In this document: positions 1 through 8,245 of the stretch, one piece after another | Layout of the letters: the number at the start of each line of letters is the position of its first letter | How positions within the stretch are numbered: the stretch's first letter is position 1 | Source of the DNA: Escherichia phage DT57C | DNA: 64,000 bases | Strand: one strand, 5' to 3' | Sequence record: NC_027356.1 | Notes under the pieces: model-generated | Database searches by the model: none | The model's input: the letters and a program-made list of their open reading frames with translations, nothing else | What the model was told of the DNA's origin: nothing | Made by a program: the position numbers and the translations under genes

Positions 1-112
1 TGCGTTGCAAGTCACCAATCATAGTCTGGAGATTGATTGCCCGCTCTTTGTCACCGTGGATACGTGCTAGACTAAGCAGTCCACGAAGGGTCATTAGAAT
101 ATTTTCACCCAT
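1..112 (-). CDS. hypothetical protein, partial; start ATG at 112-110, continues past window start
   Basis: Minus-strand reading frame open from 112 to position 1; its ATG overlaps the stop of the upstream small gene (TAATG coupling). Confidence 0.3.
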   Translation of the reverse strand, partial: MGENILMTLRGLLSLARIHGDKERAINLQTMIGDLQR

Positions 113-282
113 TATTTCATCCCCAATGCTTGGTTGAAAGATTGTTCTGTCATAACTGCTGAGACTTTGGCGAAATCAAACTTTTTAGGGTTCGTAGTGA
201 TCTCAGCAACGTTGGAAGTTTTAACAGTTTTCGTAGTACGAATACCGCGAGTGTTAACACCAATAATTACAACTGATTTCAT
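112..282 (-). CDS. small hypothetical protein (56 aa)
   Basis: Hand-translated minus ORF MKSVVIIGVNTRG...QALGMK; GAGGA Shine-Dalgarno 6 nt upstream of ATG at 282; consensus promoter just upstream. Below the 60-aa cut-off of the ORF track. Confidence 0.4.
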   Translation of the reverse strand: MKSVVIIGVNTRGIRTTKTVKTSNVAEITTNPKKFDFAKVSAVMTEQSFNQALGMK

Positions 283-313
283 ATTTCGCTTCCTCTCATT
301 AATTTATGAAAGT

Positions 314-342
314 ATTATACAGAAGTTTAAGTATTTAAGCAA
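314..342 (-). promoter_or_regulatory. sigma70-type promoter (TTGCTT, 17 bp, TATAAT)
   Basis: Minus strand reads ttgctt-17 nt-tataat; conserved downstream leader. Confidence 0.55.
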
Positions 343-350
343 ATAAATTT

Positions 351-800
351 TTAAGTTTTAGTGACAGCAGGCTTATAAAATGTATGTCCCTTAATCTTGG
401 TTGTTTTCTTAAACTTCTTTGTCCAGTATGGTTTATCTTTACCACTATGGAAGTATAAGGCCCCATGTGTAGGATCTTGTGGTAAATCAACGTAGTATAT
501 CACTCTAGCTAAATTCTTGGCGGTTTGCCAAGCCTCATCGGTTTTATCAACTTTTGGTCTCTTAGATACCCAAGAGAACTGGTTAGACTGATATACTACT
601 TTACAGTAGGAATCTGGGAATTTACCGGAGTTTACACGGTTTTTAGTAACGTGTGCAATCGCCGTCATTCCCTTTATGCCCTCACCACGACTTTCGAAAT
701 AGATATTTTTAGCAATGCAATCTATTTCTTTTGCATCGTGCGATGCTTGACTACTAAAGCTGAAGGTAAGGGCAGCTACTAAAAGCAAAGCTGCCTTCAT
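351..800 (-). CDS. secreted cell-wall hydrolase, SleB-like
   Basis: N-terminal signal-peptide-like MKAALLLVAALTFSFSSQA; cell-wall hydrolase-like core (HVTKNRV...YCKVVYQ...FSW). ATG at 800 with GGAG RBS preferred over the upstream TTG in the ORF track. Confidence 0.55.
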   Translation of the reverse strand: MKAALLLVAALTFSFSSQASHDAKEIDCIAKNIYFESRGEGIKGMTAIAHVTKNRVNSGKFPDSYCKVVYQSNQFSWVSKRPKVDKTDEAWQTAKNLARVIYYVDLPQDPTHGALYFHSGKDKPYWTKKFKKTTKIKGHTFYKPAVTKT

Positions 801-805
801 TCTTT

Positions 806-1123
806 TTACTCCTGCCAATCGTATTCAATACGATTGGGGTTTTCTTTGTATCCCAAGTCAAGCAAATCATTACGCATAGTTTGCTTAGCTACGGGATTCG
901 AGGTTACTAGTACCACTTTCTTTGGTCTCTGCCCAAATTCTAAGAGTAAACGAAGAATTTGATAACCTTCCATACCATCTACAGCCAAATCGTTGTCGAA
1001 ATAAACAAAATGGCCAGTGGTATCAGTCTTATTCAGAAACTCAACAGCGGCTTCTGGGGTTCGAATGATAATGTCCATTCCGTGAAGATTACGCACATCA
1101 TCAATCAAAATATGAAAAGTCAT
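806..1123 (-). CDS. hypothetical protein, flavodoxin-like / receiver (REC)-like fold suspected
   Basis: 105 aa; HILIDDV...FVYFDNDLAVDGMEGYQIL...VVLVTSN...GYKENP resembles receiver-domain landmarks (DD, D-x-x-x-DG-E, T/S, K). GAGG RBS; promoter at 1154-1182. Confidence 0.5.
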   Translation of the reverse strand: MTFHILIDDVRNLHGMDIIIRTPEAAVEFLNKTDTTGHFVYFDNDLAVDGMEGYQILRLLLEFGQRPKKVVLVTSNPVAKQTMRNDLLDLGYKENPNRIEYDWQE

Positions 1124-1153
1124 AATAGCCTCGTTTCATCAATTTAAAAATAT

Positions 1154-1182
1154 ATTATACAGAGAACTTAATAAATTAGCAA
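1154..1182 (-). promoter_or_regulatory. sigma70-type promoter (TTGCTA, 17 bp, TATAAT)
   Basis: Minus strand ttgcta-17-tataat upstream of the 806..1123 gene. Confidence 0.55.
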
Positions 1183-1565
1183 ATACATTTTTAAATTGTG
1201 AAACTAGTAAACCGATAAACAGCCTAGGGGCGCCACAGGCCATATCTTACGAGCCATGTACCTTTGATCTAGGGTTTGAATCATCAACGAATACTTTGCA
1301 TCTTTTAGCTTTAGAAGTTTAGAAGTTTGAGTTCTTTAAACTTTTCAGCTTTCATACTTAAATGTTGATCTTTGAAGTTGTGTCGGTAATATCAACGACT
1401 CTTTGTTTTTACGTGTCAGATTAAATGTCCGATGTAATAAACATAATCTCCAATAGATTATACTTTATAGTATGGTCAGCGGTCTTATTTAACCTCGTAT
1501 TTCAACCGCTGCTGCGAGGTAAGATGCTTGGGCTTTCGTCTACCGATTTACTAGCTTTTAAATTA

Positions 1566-2204
1566 TTACTCTACTTCAATGAAAGTAGAGGCGTTAGACT
1601 CGGACAGAACAAAGTCAACATTAGTTGCAAAGTCCTGATATTCCTCGTCATGTTGTTTAATCAGCTTCTCCAGTTCCAGCGGATCAATCAAGAATGGGGT
1701 ATTCTTGAGTTCCAACAGGTTGAGCTGCATTTTAACTTCATCTTCGGAAGTTTTCTTATCGCGGGTAGCCATGCTATCCTGCAAACGCTCATATTTAGCA
1801 TCAAACTGTGCTTTCTGCGTATTAAACTTAACCGTAGCGGCATGGAACTGCTTACGCATATTAGCCAGCAACTGAGCTTTAAGCTCCATAGAACGCTTAG
1901 CTTCAATTGCTTCTGCAACAGTCATTTTACGAGAGCCAATCTCAACGATTGTTTCCGCATTGCTCTTAATCAATGCTGCTTTGATACGATCACGCTGGGA
2001 CATCATATCCAGCAGAGACTGGAAATCTGTCTTAATACGATTAGACAGATCTTCTACTTCGATTGCAGCGCCAACTACAACCTTATTTTTATCCTTACCT
2101 TCACCAACAGCGATCAGAAGCTGTTGTTCAGTAGCTTTACGGATTTTAGCTTCCAGAGATTTGATGGTTGCCAGAGCACGAGTTTTAGAGATACGAGCGG
2201 GCAT
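1566..2204 (-). CDS. hypothetical protein, predicted coiled-coil
   Basis: 212-aa ORF, K/E-rich heptad-like sequence; AGGA RBS 8 nt before ATG. Confidence 0.5.
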   Translation of the reverse strand: MPARISKTRALATIKSLEAKIRKATEQQLLIAVGEGKDKNKVVVGAAIEVEDLSNRIKTDFQSLLDMMSQRDRIKAALIKSNAETIVEIGSRKMTVAEAIEAKRSMELKAQLLANMRKQFHAATVKFNTQKAQFDAKYERLQDSMATRDKKTSEDEVKMQLNLLELKNTPFLIDPLELEKLIKQHDEEYQDFATNVDFVLSESNASTFIEVE

Positions 2205-2256
2205 TGTTTATTCCTTACATGAAGTTTAAGATTTGAATTTGTTTAAAGTTGGTCTA

Positions 2257-2439
2257 TTACAGACCCATTGCCAGTAAGGTACGCAGAACAGTATCTTTAC
2301 TGTTATCAATTTTAGGATTAACACGATTTAGCAGATCAAAGATTTTCTGGACACCTGATTGACGTTCAGCCATACGACGGATACCCAGATTACGAGTAGC
2401 TTTCTTACCATTTTTACGGACATTTTTAGATACTGGCAT
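2257..2439 (-). CDS. small basic hypothetical protein (60 aa)
   Basis: ORF with upstream consensus promoter; K/R-rich. Confidence 0.4.
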   Translation of the reverse strand: MPVSKNVRKNGKKATRNLGIRRMAERQSGVQKIFDLLNRVNPKIDNSKDTVLRTLLAMGL

Positions 2440-2468
2440 ATTTGTTTTCCTTTTGTTGTTTTCTCAAA

Positions 2469-2512
2469 TTTATGAATATATTATACAGAATTTATGAATA
2501 TATTATACAGAA
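2469..2512. repeat. perfect tandem duplication of a 22-bp unit (tttatgaatatattatacagaa x2)
   Basis: Read directly: 2469-2490 equals 2491-2512; the unit carries the -10/leader of the minus-strand promoter. Confidence 0.9.
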
Positions 2513-2530
2513 TTTTGGAGCCGGAAGCAA
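2502..2530 (-). promoter_or_regulatory. sigma70-type promoter (TTGCTT, 17 bp, TATAAT)
   Basis: Minus strand ttgctt-17-tataat; -10 lies in one copy of the 22-bp tandem repeat. Confidence 0.55.
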
Positions 2531-2531
2531 A

Positions 2532-3233
2532 TCAAATTTTCATTTTTTCGATCATAGCTGCAACACAATAGCTCTCAACTAAGGCATCGAATGCTGGGTC
2601 GTGCTTAACCGGATATATCCCGTAACGAATGGTGTCCATCTTCTCCATCTTGGCTTTTGCCCAGCTAATACCTTCGGTCTCTAGAGCCTTATAACTGTAT
2701 CCAGCTTGCATCCAGAGATTACGAAGAGATCGAACATTACCCAAATTCCAGAATTTCCACGGAACTATTTCTTCATTGGTTCCAGCATGGAAAGTGTTTG
2801 CAGAGTAGATAGTCATATCAAACTCTGGGCCATTGCCGTAATATAAAGCATTTTCGCCTAGAGCCAACTCCATAATATTTTGGGTCATAGAGAAGGCAGC
2901 ATGGTTAGAGCCGAGCTTATTAGTACAGTGATGTTTACCATCTCGAAAAGCAATCAGCTTTGGATTATGCTCATTCATAGCTTCCATAATGTGGAGAGCA
3001 GACGGACTATTTTTAGCTTGATCCATCCAGAATGCTAGAGTAGATGCCGTAACTTTAGCTCCAGAATTAAGCTGGTCTTGCACATCCAAAGTAACAAACA
3101 CTAGATCAGGGTCTTTATCAATTCCATGCATAGCCACAAAAGCGAAGGAAGGCATTGCGATATGAGTAGTACCACAATCTCCTGGAGTTCCTAGAGATTC
3201 AATATCTAACATACCAAATGGTTTTACTTTCAT
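2532..3233 (-). CDS. putative DEDDh-family 3'-5' exonuclease
   Basis: Exo I-like MLDIESLG, Exo II-like EFDMTIY, Exo III-like HDPAFDAL near C-terminus. Confidence 0.55.
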   Translation of the reverse strand: MKVKPFGMLDIESLGTPGDCGTTHIAMPSFAFVAMHGIDKDPDLVFVTLDVQDQLNSGAKVTASTLAFWMDQAKNSPSALHIMEAMNEHNPKLIAFRDGKHHCTNKLGSNHAAFSMTQNIMELALGENALYYGNGPEFDMTIYSANTFHAGTNEEIVPWKFWNLGNVRSLRNLWMQAGYSYKALETEGISWAKAKMEKMDTIRYGIYPVKHDPAFDALVESYCVAAMIEKMKI

Positions 3234-3261
3234 AACTTATCCTTTATTGTGTAGAAAACTA

Positions 3262-3498
3262 TTAAAGAGCTGTCTCTTTAATAGACTCCCACTTCTTGGG
3301 GTCTTTAAAACCAGGAAGCATATCTTCACTAACATCCCAGTTTTCTTCCGTAGAAAAGTCTGGCCATTCATTCCAGTTACCTTCCAGCTCTTCATACCAG
3401 GTATCCATTACCTCGCGATTAGAAAGTCGTGTATAGTCTCTAGCGGACTTATGAGTGCTAGCACGGTTAAAATCATTCTTTGCTACAAAATTACGCAT
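3262..3498 (-). CDS. hypothetical protein (78 aa, acidic/Trp-rich)
   Basis: ORF with GGAG RBS 6 nt upstream of ATG. Confidence 0.45.
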   Translation of the reverse strand: MRNFVAKNDFNRASTHKSARDYTRLSNREVMDTWYEELEGNWNEWPDFSTEENWDVSEDMLPGFKDPKKWESIKETAL

Positions 3499-3504
3499 AG
3501 TTTC

Positions 3505-3534
3505 TCCAAAAATATGAGGGGCTTTCGCCCCTCT
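3505..3534 (-). terminator. rho-independent terminator
   Basis: Hairpin gaggggc-tttc-gcccctc followed on the minus strand by a U-run; sits after the stop of 3541..4056. Confidence 0.55.
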
Positions 3535-3540
3535 TATCTA

Positions 3541-4056
3541 TTACTTCGCTTTACGTTTACGAGCTGGTTTAGCAGATTTACGAGCAGAATCACCCGTAAA
3601 TTTAATACCCACACCATAGCACAGAGCACGAACGTTATCTTTGCTATATTCTACGCCGAAGATATTTGGCTTAACAGAACCAAACTGGCCACGAGTATCA
3701 CGCAGTACATCTGCCGTTGGTTTACGCTTCTGGTTAACTGCTTTTTCGTAATCTTTCATGGCCATGCCATTACGAGGGAACAATTCAGCTCCAGCATTGA
3801 AACTCAGTGTTACTGGAACAGATTTGTGACCGTAACCCTGTACATAGGTTACGAGGCGGACTACAGAACGAGTAGCATTCTTAGCCTTCGGCTTTTGACG
3901 AATCGGAGCCGGACGATTCAGTGCCTGTGCAGCTTGAGCATCAGTAGGATGCTTGCGCAGGTGGCGTTCCAGACGAGCTTTGCGGTTAGCCTCAGTCTGT
4001 GGGAAAGTTTTAACTGCCGGAGCTGCTTGAGTTTTTGCGTTTTTCTGCTTAGCCAT
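3541..4056 (-). CDS. basic hypothetical protein (171 aa), possible nucleic-acid binding
   Basis: ORF with K/R-rich termini; consensus promoter at 4095-4123. Confidence 0.5.
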   Translation of the reverse strand: MAKQKNAKTQAAPAVKTFPQTEANRKARLERHLRKHPTDAQAAQALNRPAPIRQKPKAKNATRSVVRLVTYVQGYGHKSVPVTLSFNAGAELFPRNGMAMKDYEKAVNQKRKPTADVLRDTRGQFGSVKPNIFGVEYSKDNVRALCYGVGIKFTGDSARKSAKPARKRKAK

Positions 4057-4094
4057 TATTTGTTTTCCTTTTTGTTTATCAATTTATGAAGTAT

Positions 4095-4123
4095 ATTATA
4101 CGAGAATTTGAAGCGTTCAGCAA
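4095..4123 (-). promoter_or_regulatory. sigma70-type promoter (TTGCTG, 17 bp, TATAAT)
   Basis: Minus strand ttgctg-17-tataat. Confidence 0.5.
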
Positions 4124-4139
4124 ATGAATTTTTTAAAAA

Positions 4140-4418
4140 TTATCTGCCAACCATCTTAGCTTGTTCGGCATCTGAGACATATTGATACGCTCCTTTATTA
4201 TACGCTGGAGCAGTACACATTTTCTTACGCTCAATCTCTTCTTGAGCTTTTCTTTCGCGTTCAGCTAATTCTTCATCCAGATAAACTAAACGTTGTTCTG
4301 GAGGAGGTGGAAGACGTGTTTCTGGCTCACCAATATTAGCCTTTCTTATTTGACGAGGTGATTGTGCACGTTTTCTCAACGGTTTAAATCCTAATGAATT
4401 TGAGTTATAAATTCGCAT
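4140..4418 (-). CDS. hypothetical protein (92 aa)
   Basis: ORF with GAGGAGG RBS; promoter at 4446-4474. Confidence 0.45.
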   Translation of the reverse strand: MRIYNSNSLGFKPLRKRAQSPRQIRKANIGEPETRLPPPPEQRLVYLDEELAERERKAQEEIERKKMCTAPAYNKGAYQYVSDAEQAKMVGR

Positions 4419-4445
4419 AAAGCCCTCCTCACTTTCAATACGAAT

Positions 4446-4474
4446 ATTATACTAAATTAGAGGGCTTTAAGCAA
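4446..4474 (-). promoter_or_regulatory. sigma70-type promoter (TTGCTT, 17 bp, TATAAT)
   Basis: Minus strand ttgctt-17-tataat. Confidence 0.5.
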
Positions 4475-4494
4475 CTGAATTTTTAAATTATTTA

Positions 4495-4971
4495 TTACAT
4501 CTCCGCAAGTTCTTGCTCAGTAATAACTGTATTACACAGTGCATCTACAGCTTCATTACCACTAATACCAGAATGTCCTTTAACCTTAATAAAGGTAGGA
4601 TTAGTATTGTGAAAGTTGATATACTGCTGTGTTAATTTAAATGCTTCCTGCCAAAGTTCTAGATTAAGAGGAACCTCACCATCTGCTTTCTTCCAGCCTT
4701 TCCTTTGCCAAGAAAACATCCAGCTTTCCATGCCATTTTTGCAATAAGCAGAGTCAGTATAGATAACAATTGGTCTATTATCCTTTTTAACGGACCAACG
4801 TAGAGCTTCTACAATAGCTGTGAGTTCCATCTCATTATTTGTAGTTTTAGGACTATAGCCAGATTTAGAGCCTAGACGATCGTCATTATCATCATAGACA
4901 ATAAAACCCCAAGCACCGGGACCTGGGTTGGACTTACAAGCACCATCTGTGTAAATGTGGAAAACCGACAT
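4495..4971 (-). CDS. rnh: ribonuclease H (RNase HI)
   Basis: Classic RNase HI N-terminus IYTDGACKSNPGPGAWG and downstream TNNEMEL, YTDS, GHSG motifs. ATG at 4971 with GGAG RBS preferred over the track's TTG at 4983. Confidence 0.8.
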   Translation of the reverse strand: MSVFHIYTDGACKSNPGPGAWGFIVYDDNDDRLGSKSGYSPKTTNNEMELTAIVEALRWSVKKDNRPIVIYTDSAYCKNGMESWMFSWQRKGWKKADGEVPLNLELWQEAFKLTQQYINFHNTNPTFIKVKGHSGISGNEAVDALCNTVITEQELAEM

Positions 4972-5032
4972 TATTTGCTCCAATTAATAGTTACCCAATA
5001 GCCTTCACGCTAATTACGATCAAGTAAAATAT

Positions 5033-5062
5033 ATTATATTTGAAATTATACCTAATAAGCAA
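5033..5062 (-). promoter_or_regulatory. sigma70-type promoter (TTGCTT, 18 bp, TATAAT) embedded in an 18-bp inverted repeat
   Basis: Minus strand ttgctt-18-tataat; the -35 and -10 lie in the two arms of the palindrome 5034-5051 / 5063-5080. Confidence 0.5.
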
Positions 5063-5080
5063 GTATAATTTCAAATATAA
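5034..5080. repeat. perfect 18-bp inverted repeat with 11-bp spacer
   Basis: ttatatttgaaattatac (5034-5051) is the exact reverse complement of gtataatttcaaatataa (5063-5080). Confidence 0.9.
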
Positions 5081-5098
5081 TAGCCCCGAAGGGCTATT
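5068..5098 (-). terminator. rho-independent terminator after thyA
   Basis: Hairpin atagccc-cgaa-gggctat with A/T-rich tail on the minus strand, immediately after the thyA stop. Confidence 0.45.
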
Positions 5099-5102
5099 TA
5101 AG

Positions 5103-5942
5103 TTAAGAGGACATTTTAGCTTTAAGAGCTGGATGAGGATCGTACCCCTCTAAGTGGAATGACCAGGCTGCTGTATTATTTTCTAATAAGTCGTAAAGAT
5201 CTACAAATTCTGGCATTACTAGAGTTGGTAAAGAACGAGGTTTACGTTTTACCTGTTCTTCTACCTGTTCCATGTGGTCATTATAGATATGAGTATCACC
5301 GCCACTAAAGATAAGATAACGAGGTTTTAATCCTGTCAGTTTTGCTAATATATGCGTTAATAAAGCATAACTAGCGATATTGAAAGGTAAACCGAGGAAA
5401 CAATCCACAGAGCGTTGTGTCCATTTAAGATCTAAGTACCCATCATTACTTACATAGCACTGGAAGCCGTAGTGACAGGGTGGTAATGCCATTTTATCAA
5501 GTTCAGCTACGTTCCATGCAGAAACTAGATGTCTGCGGCCATGTGGATTATTCTTGAGTCCTTCAATAAGTTCTAGAATCTGATCTCGCCCACCAAAGTT
5601 ACGCCACTGTTTACCATATACTGGTCCTAGATTACCATTATCATATCCCATACTTATAGCTTGGTCTTCATAATTTGGAGTCCAGATGGTCCACTGTCCT
5701 TCGTCACGACCAAATGTGAATACACGTAGATCATGAAGATTTGTGGAACCAGACAAGAACCATAAAAGTTCTCCAACTACCGATTTCCAAGCTAGACGTT
5801 TAGTAGTTACAGCCGGGAACCCGTCACGTAGATCGAACTTAGCATAGGAATCAAAAATTGAAACTGTGCCTGTTCCTGTACGGTCATTACGGGGTTCACC
5901 TAGTAAAATTACATCTGTCAAAATTTTTAAGTATTGTTGCAT
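5103..5942 (-). CDS. thyA: thymidylate synthase
   Basis: 279 aa with catalytic-site region ALPPCHYGFQCYV and other ThyA hallmarks (DLGPVYG, RRHLVSAWN). Confidence 0.9.
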   Translation of the reverse strand: MQQYLKILTDVILLGEPRNDRTGTGTVSIFDSYAKFDLRDGFPAVTTKRLAWKSVVGELLWFLSGSTNLHDLRVFTFGRDEGQWTIWTPNYEDQAISMGYDNGNLGPVYGKQWRNFGGRDQILELIEGLKNNPHGRRHLVSAWNVAELDKMALPPCHYGFQCYVSNDGYLDLKWTQRSVDCFLGLPFNIASYALLTHILAKLTGLKPRYLIFSGGDTHIYNDHMEQVEEQVKRKPRSLPTLVMPEFVDLYDLLENNTAAWSFHLEGYDPHPALKAKMSS

Positions 5943-6475
5943 TAATAAGTAACCAATTCCTGTACAAATCGCAGGCTGTTATCACTGTTTGCGCCAGTTG
6001 CGTAAACTAATCGAGTAGATTCATAGTTGTAATCTAGAATCGTATTATCCAGATGTACATCTGCCTCTAGCTTCTGTTCGCTAAAGATTGTAGATACAAA
6101 AGCACTTTCTATATGCCCATGTTGGTACATCTCTAGAAGAAGATTAGCTCCGCCTAGAACTACTGTTTGCTGATCTTTTAAGAACGTGGGCAATGTATCC
6201 CCAATCTTAGAAATTGGGGTGTAAATATCATGTGTAATATCGTCTGGCAATGGACGATCAGCACGAATAAATAGGTCAGAAGTTCCAATCATACGTTCCC
6301 TAACGGCGTATGGAAGAGCTAAATAAGTACCAGCACCAATAATAATATTATTAGGATTTAGTACATCTAATTGTGAATAAAAAGCACCTAGTTCTTCTTT
6401 AAAAGAACCCCAGGGAAGCTTACCTCGGAGGCCGAACTCCCCATTCGGCCCAACTGCATACATTGCTGTAATCAC
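5942..6475 (-). CDS. frd: dihydrofolate reductase
   Basis: 177 aa; N-terminal DHFR-like MITAMYAVGPNGEFGLRGKLPW; stop/start overlap with thyA and nrdB. Confidence 0.75.
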   Translation of the reverse strand: MITAMYAVGPNGEFGLRGKLPWGSFKEELGAFYSQLDVLNPNNIIIGAGTYLALPYAVRERMIGTSDLFIRADRPLPDDITHDIYTPISKIGDTLPTFLKDQQTVVLGGANLLLEMYQHGHIESAFVSTIFSEQKLEADVHLDNTILDYNYESTRLVYATGANSDNSLRFVQELVTY

Positions 6476-7617
6476 AGGAAATCTCCAAATTCATTGCCCA
6501 GATCTTTCAGAGTATCAGTAGAAGTCTCAGTTACCTGACCTACACGATAGGCTGCACCAATCTGGATTTCTTGTGGAGCAGGCTGTAGAGAAGTAGTATC
6601 CAACCAGTTCATGATCCACGGAATAGGGTTTTTAGTGATTACTGGTAAGTGACTAGGCCATTCTACGCCAATGTGCATAAACGCGTTGCGTCCTACAAAG
6701 TACAGGTACTCTTCTAACAGTTCTGCATTCAAACCAATCAGGCTACGACCGTTGAAAATGAAATGACCCCATTCAATTTCAGTTTTCAGAGTTTTCAGGA
6801 GCTGTGCTGGTGCTTTAGCCACTGCTTCATCTACCAGATCTTTGTCAAACTGCTGGAACATAATCTGGATGATTGTTTTAGACATCTGAGTATGTAAGGC
6901 TTCATCTTTAGCAATCAATTGCAGATTTTTAGCAATACCTTGCAGAATATCGTTCTCTGCTAACGCAAAGGTACATGCAAAGGATGCGTAAAACTGCATT
7001 GCTTCCAGACCGTAGATTGCAAAATAAGCATCTAACAGTTTAGCCTGAGTTTCACGCTTAACTTCAGGGAACTCAGTTTCTGGATACGTATTGTCACCAC
7101 GATGATCACGTACTGCGATGAAATACTGACCTAACTGGTACAGTTCATCAAACAGTTCAACAGAATCTGCGATACGTGCGAATGCTTCTTGGTTTTTGGT
7201 TACAGAATCAATAAATTCTGCTGGATCAGTCAGCACATTACGAATAATATTACTATATGCACGGCTATGCAGATCTTCGAAGTAGCTCCACTGCTTGAGC
7301 ATACCTTCCAATTCTGGACGGCTTACCAGCGGCATAATAGCTGCTTCAGGCGCTCGACTGATAAAGGAATCAGTTTGAGTCTGCCATGCTAAGTTCAGGA
7401 GTGTGATTTCCTGAATTTCACGTGGGAGATTGGGCCATTGTTTCTTATCGGCTTCTAAACTGATTTCTGTCTCAGTCCAAAATTGAGAGCGAGCTAATAA
7501 CGCCAGCCTTTCCAGCTCTGGATGGGCTACTCGTACATAATCTGCGATACCTAGAGAATCACCGAGAAATAGATCTTTATTGGTATGATCCCAGTTTAAG
7601 TTAAGTAAAGTTGTCAT
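6472..7617 (-). CDS. nrdB: ribonucleotide reductase class Ia small subunit
   Basis: 381 aa; di-iron/tyrosyl radical protein features; AGGAG RBS. Confidence 0.85.
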   Translation of the reverse strand: MTTLLNLNWDHTNKDLFLGDSLGIADYVRVAHPELERLALLARSQFWTETEISLEADKKQWPNLPREIQEITLLNLAWQTQTDSFISRAPEAAIMPLVSRPELEGMLKQWSYFEDLHSRAYSNIIRNVLTDPAEFIDSVTKNQEAFARIADSVELFDELYQLGQYFIAVRDHRGDNTYPETEFPEVKRETQAKLLDAYFAIYGLEAMQFYASFACTFALAENDILQGIAKNLQLIAKDEALHTQMSKTIIQIMFQQFDKDLVDEAVAKAPAQLLKTLKTEIEWGHFIFNGRSLIGLNAELLEEYLYFVGRNAFMHIGVEWPSHLPVITKNPIPWIMNWLDTTSLQPAPQEIQIGAAYRVGQVTETSTDTLKDLGNEFGDFL

Positions 7618-7625
7618 TAGTTCTC

Positions 7626-8141
7626 CTATTTATCTGTGTTTCTAAGTAGTGTTGGATCTTTGGTTATAGAGAGGATTAAAGAATCTCGATACTCTATCGC
7701 CTCTTCTAGAGTTGGAAGAGTTTTCACGTATTCTTTTCCGTTAATGGATTTTCTAACTTGAAATCCAGACCCTTTCTTCCGAATATTCTTAGTACCCAAT
7801 ATATTGTTTTTACTGGTTTTTCTATTTTGACTATTTAACTGCCAGTCTGCTTCTCTTAGATTAGTCCACTTATAGTTTAGTGGATCTCCATCTATATGGT
7901 CAACCATAACTTTGGGTAAGTTTCCTGTCATGTACAGAAAAGCAATATTTTGTGCAGGGTACTTCTTACCCTTGATTTGTATTACTAAGTCTTTTCGGTT
8001 AGGATCTACTGAGTGTGGTTTTAAACAACCAGCAGGTAGTCCTCTTACTTTATTGTGTACTTCTTGGTTATTTAACCAAGTAAATGTTCCTTCATCTGGA
8101 TTATACTCCAGAATCCTTTTTAATTCATCTTGTGTTATCAA
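7626..8141 (-). CDS. HNH homing endonuclease
   Basis: HNH motif VDHIDGDPLNYKWTNLR plus AP2-like C-terminal region; inserted between nrdB and nrdA. Only start is TTG at 8141, with GGAG RBS 7 nt upstream. Confidence 0.75.
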   Translation of the reverse strand: MITQDELKRILEYNPDEGTFTWLNNQEVHNKVRGLPAGCLKPHSVDPNRKDLVIQIKGKKYPAQNIAFLYMTGNLPKVMVDHIDGDPLNYKWTNLREADWQLNSQNRKTSKNNILGTKNIRKKGSGFQVRKSINGKEYVKTLPTLEEAIEYRDSLILSITKDPTLLRNTDK

Positions 8142-8167
8142 AACTAATCTCCTTAACTAATAGAGAT

Positions 8168-8196
8168 ATTATAGCAAATCAGATAGCGATTAGCAA
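8168..8196 (-). promoter_or_regulatory. sigma70-type promoter (TTGCTA, 17 bp, TATAAT) for the HNH gene
   Basis: Minus strand ttgcta-17-tataat. Confidence 0.5.
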
Positions 8197-8204
8197 GTAA
8201 AATT

Positions 8205-8245
8205 TCAAAGAAAAAGGAGACCCGAAGATCTCCTTGTTTTTATTA
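8205..8245. terminator. rho-independent terminator after nrdA (bidirectional geometry)
   Basis: Hairpin aaggaga-cccgaag-tctcctt flanked by A-run on one side and T-run on the other. Confidence 0.6.

Noticed and set aside
134-346. Plus-strand 70-aa ORF from the six-frame track
   Set aside because: It overlaps a minus-strand promoter and a minus-strand small gene that has a proper RBS; it has no RBS of its own and lies antisense to the local transcription direction.
1425-2222. Plus-strand 265-aa ORF
   Set aside because: It is antisense to the 1566..2204 minus-strand gene in a block where every supported gene is on the minus strand; no RBS or promoter; Leu/Phe/Ser-rich composition typical of antisense frames.
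3247-4089. Plus-strand 280-aa ORF
   Set aside because: It is antisense to two minus-strand genes and spans their terminator; the composition looks like an out-of-frame artefact.
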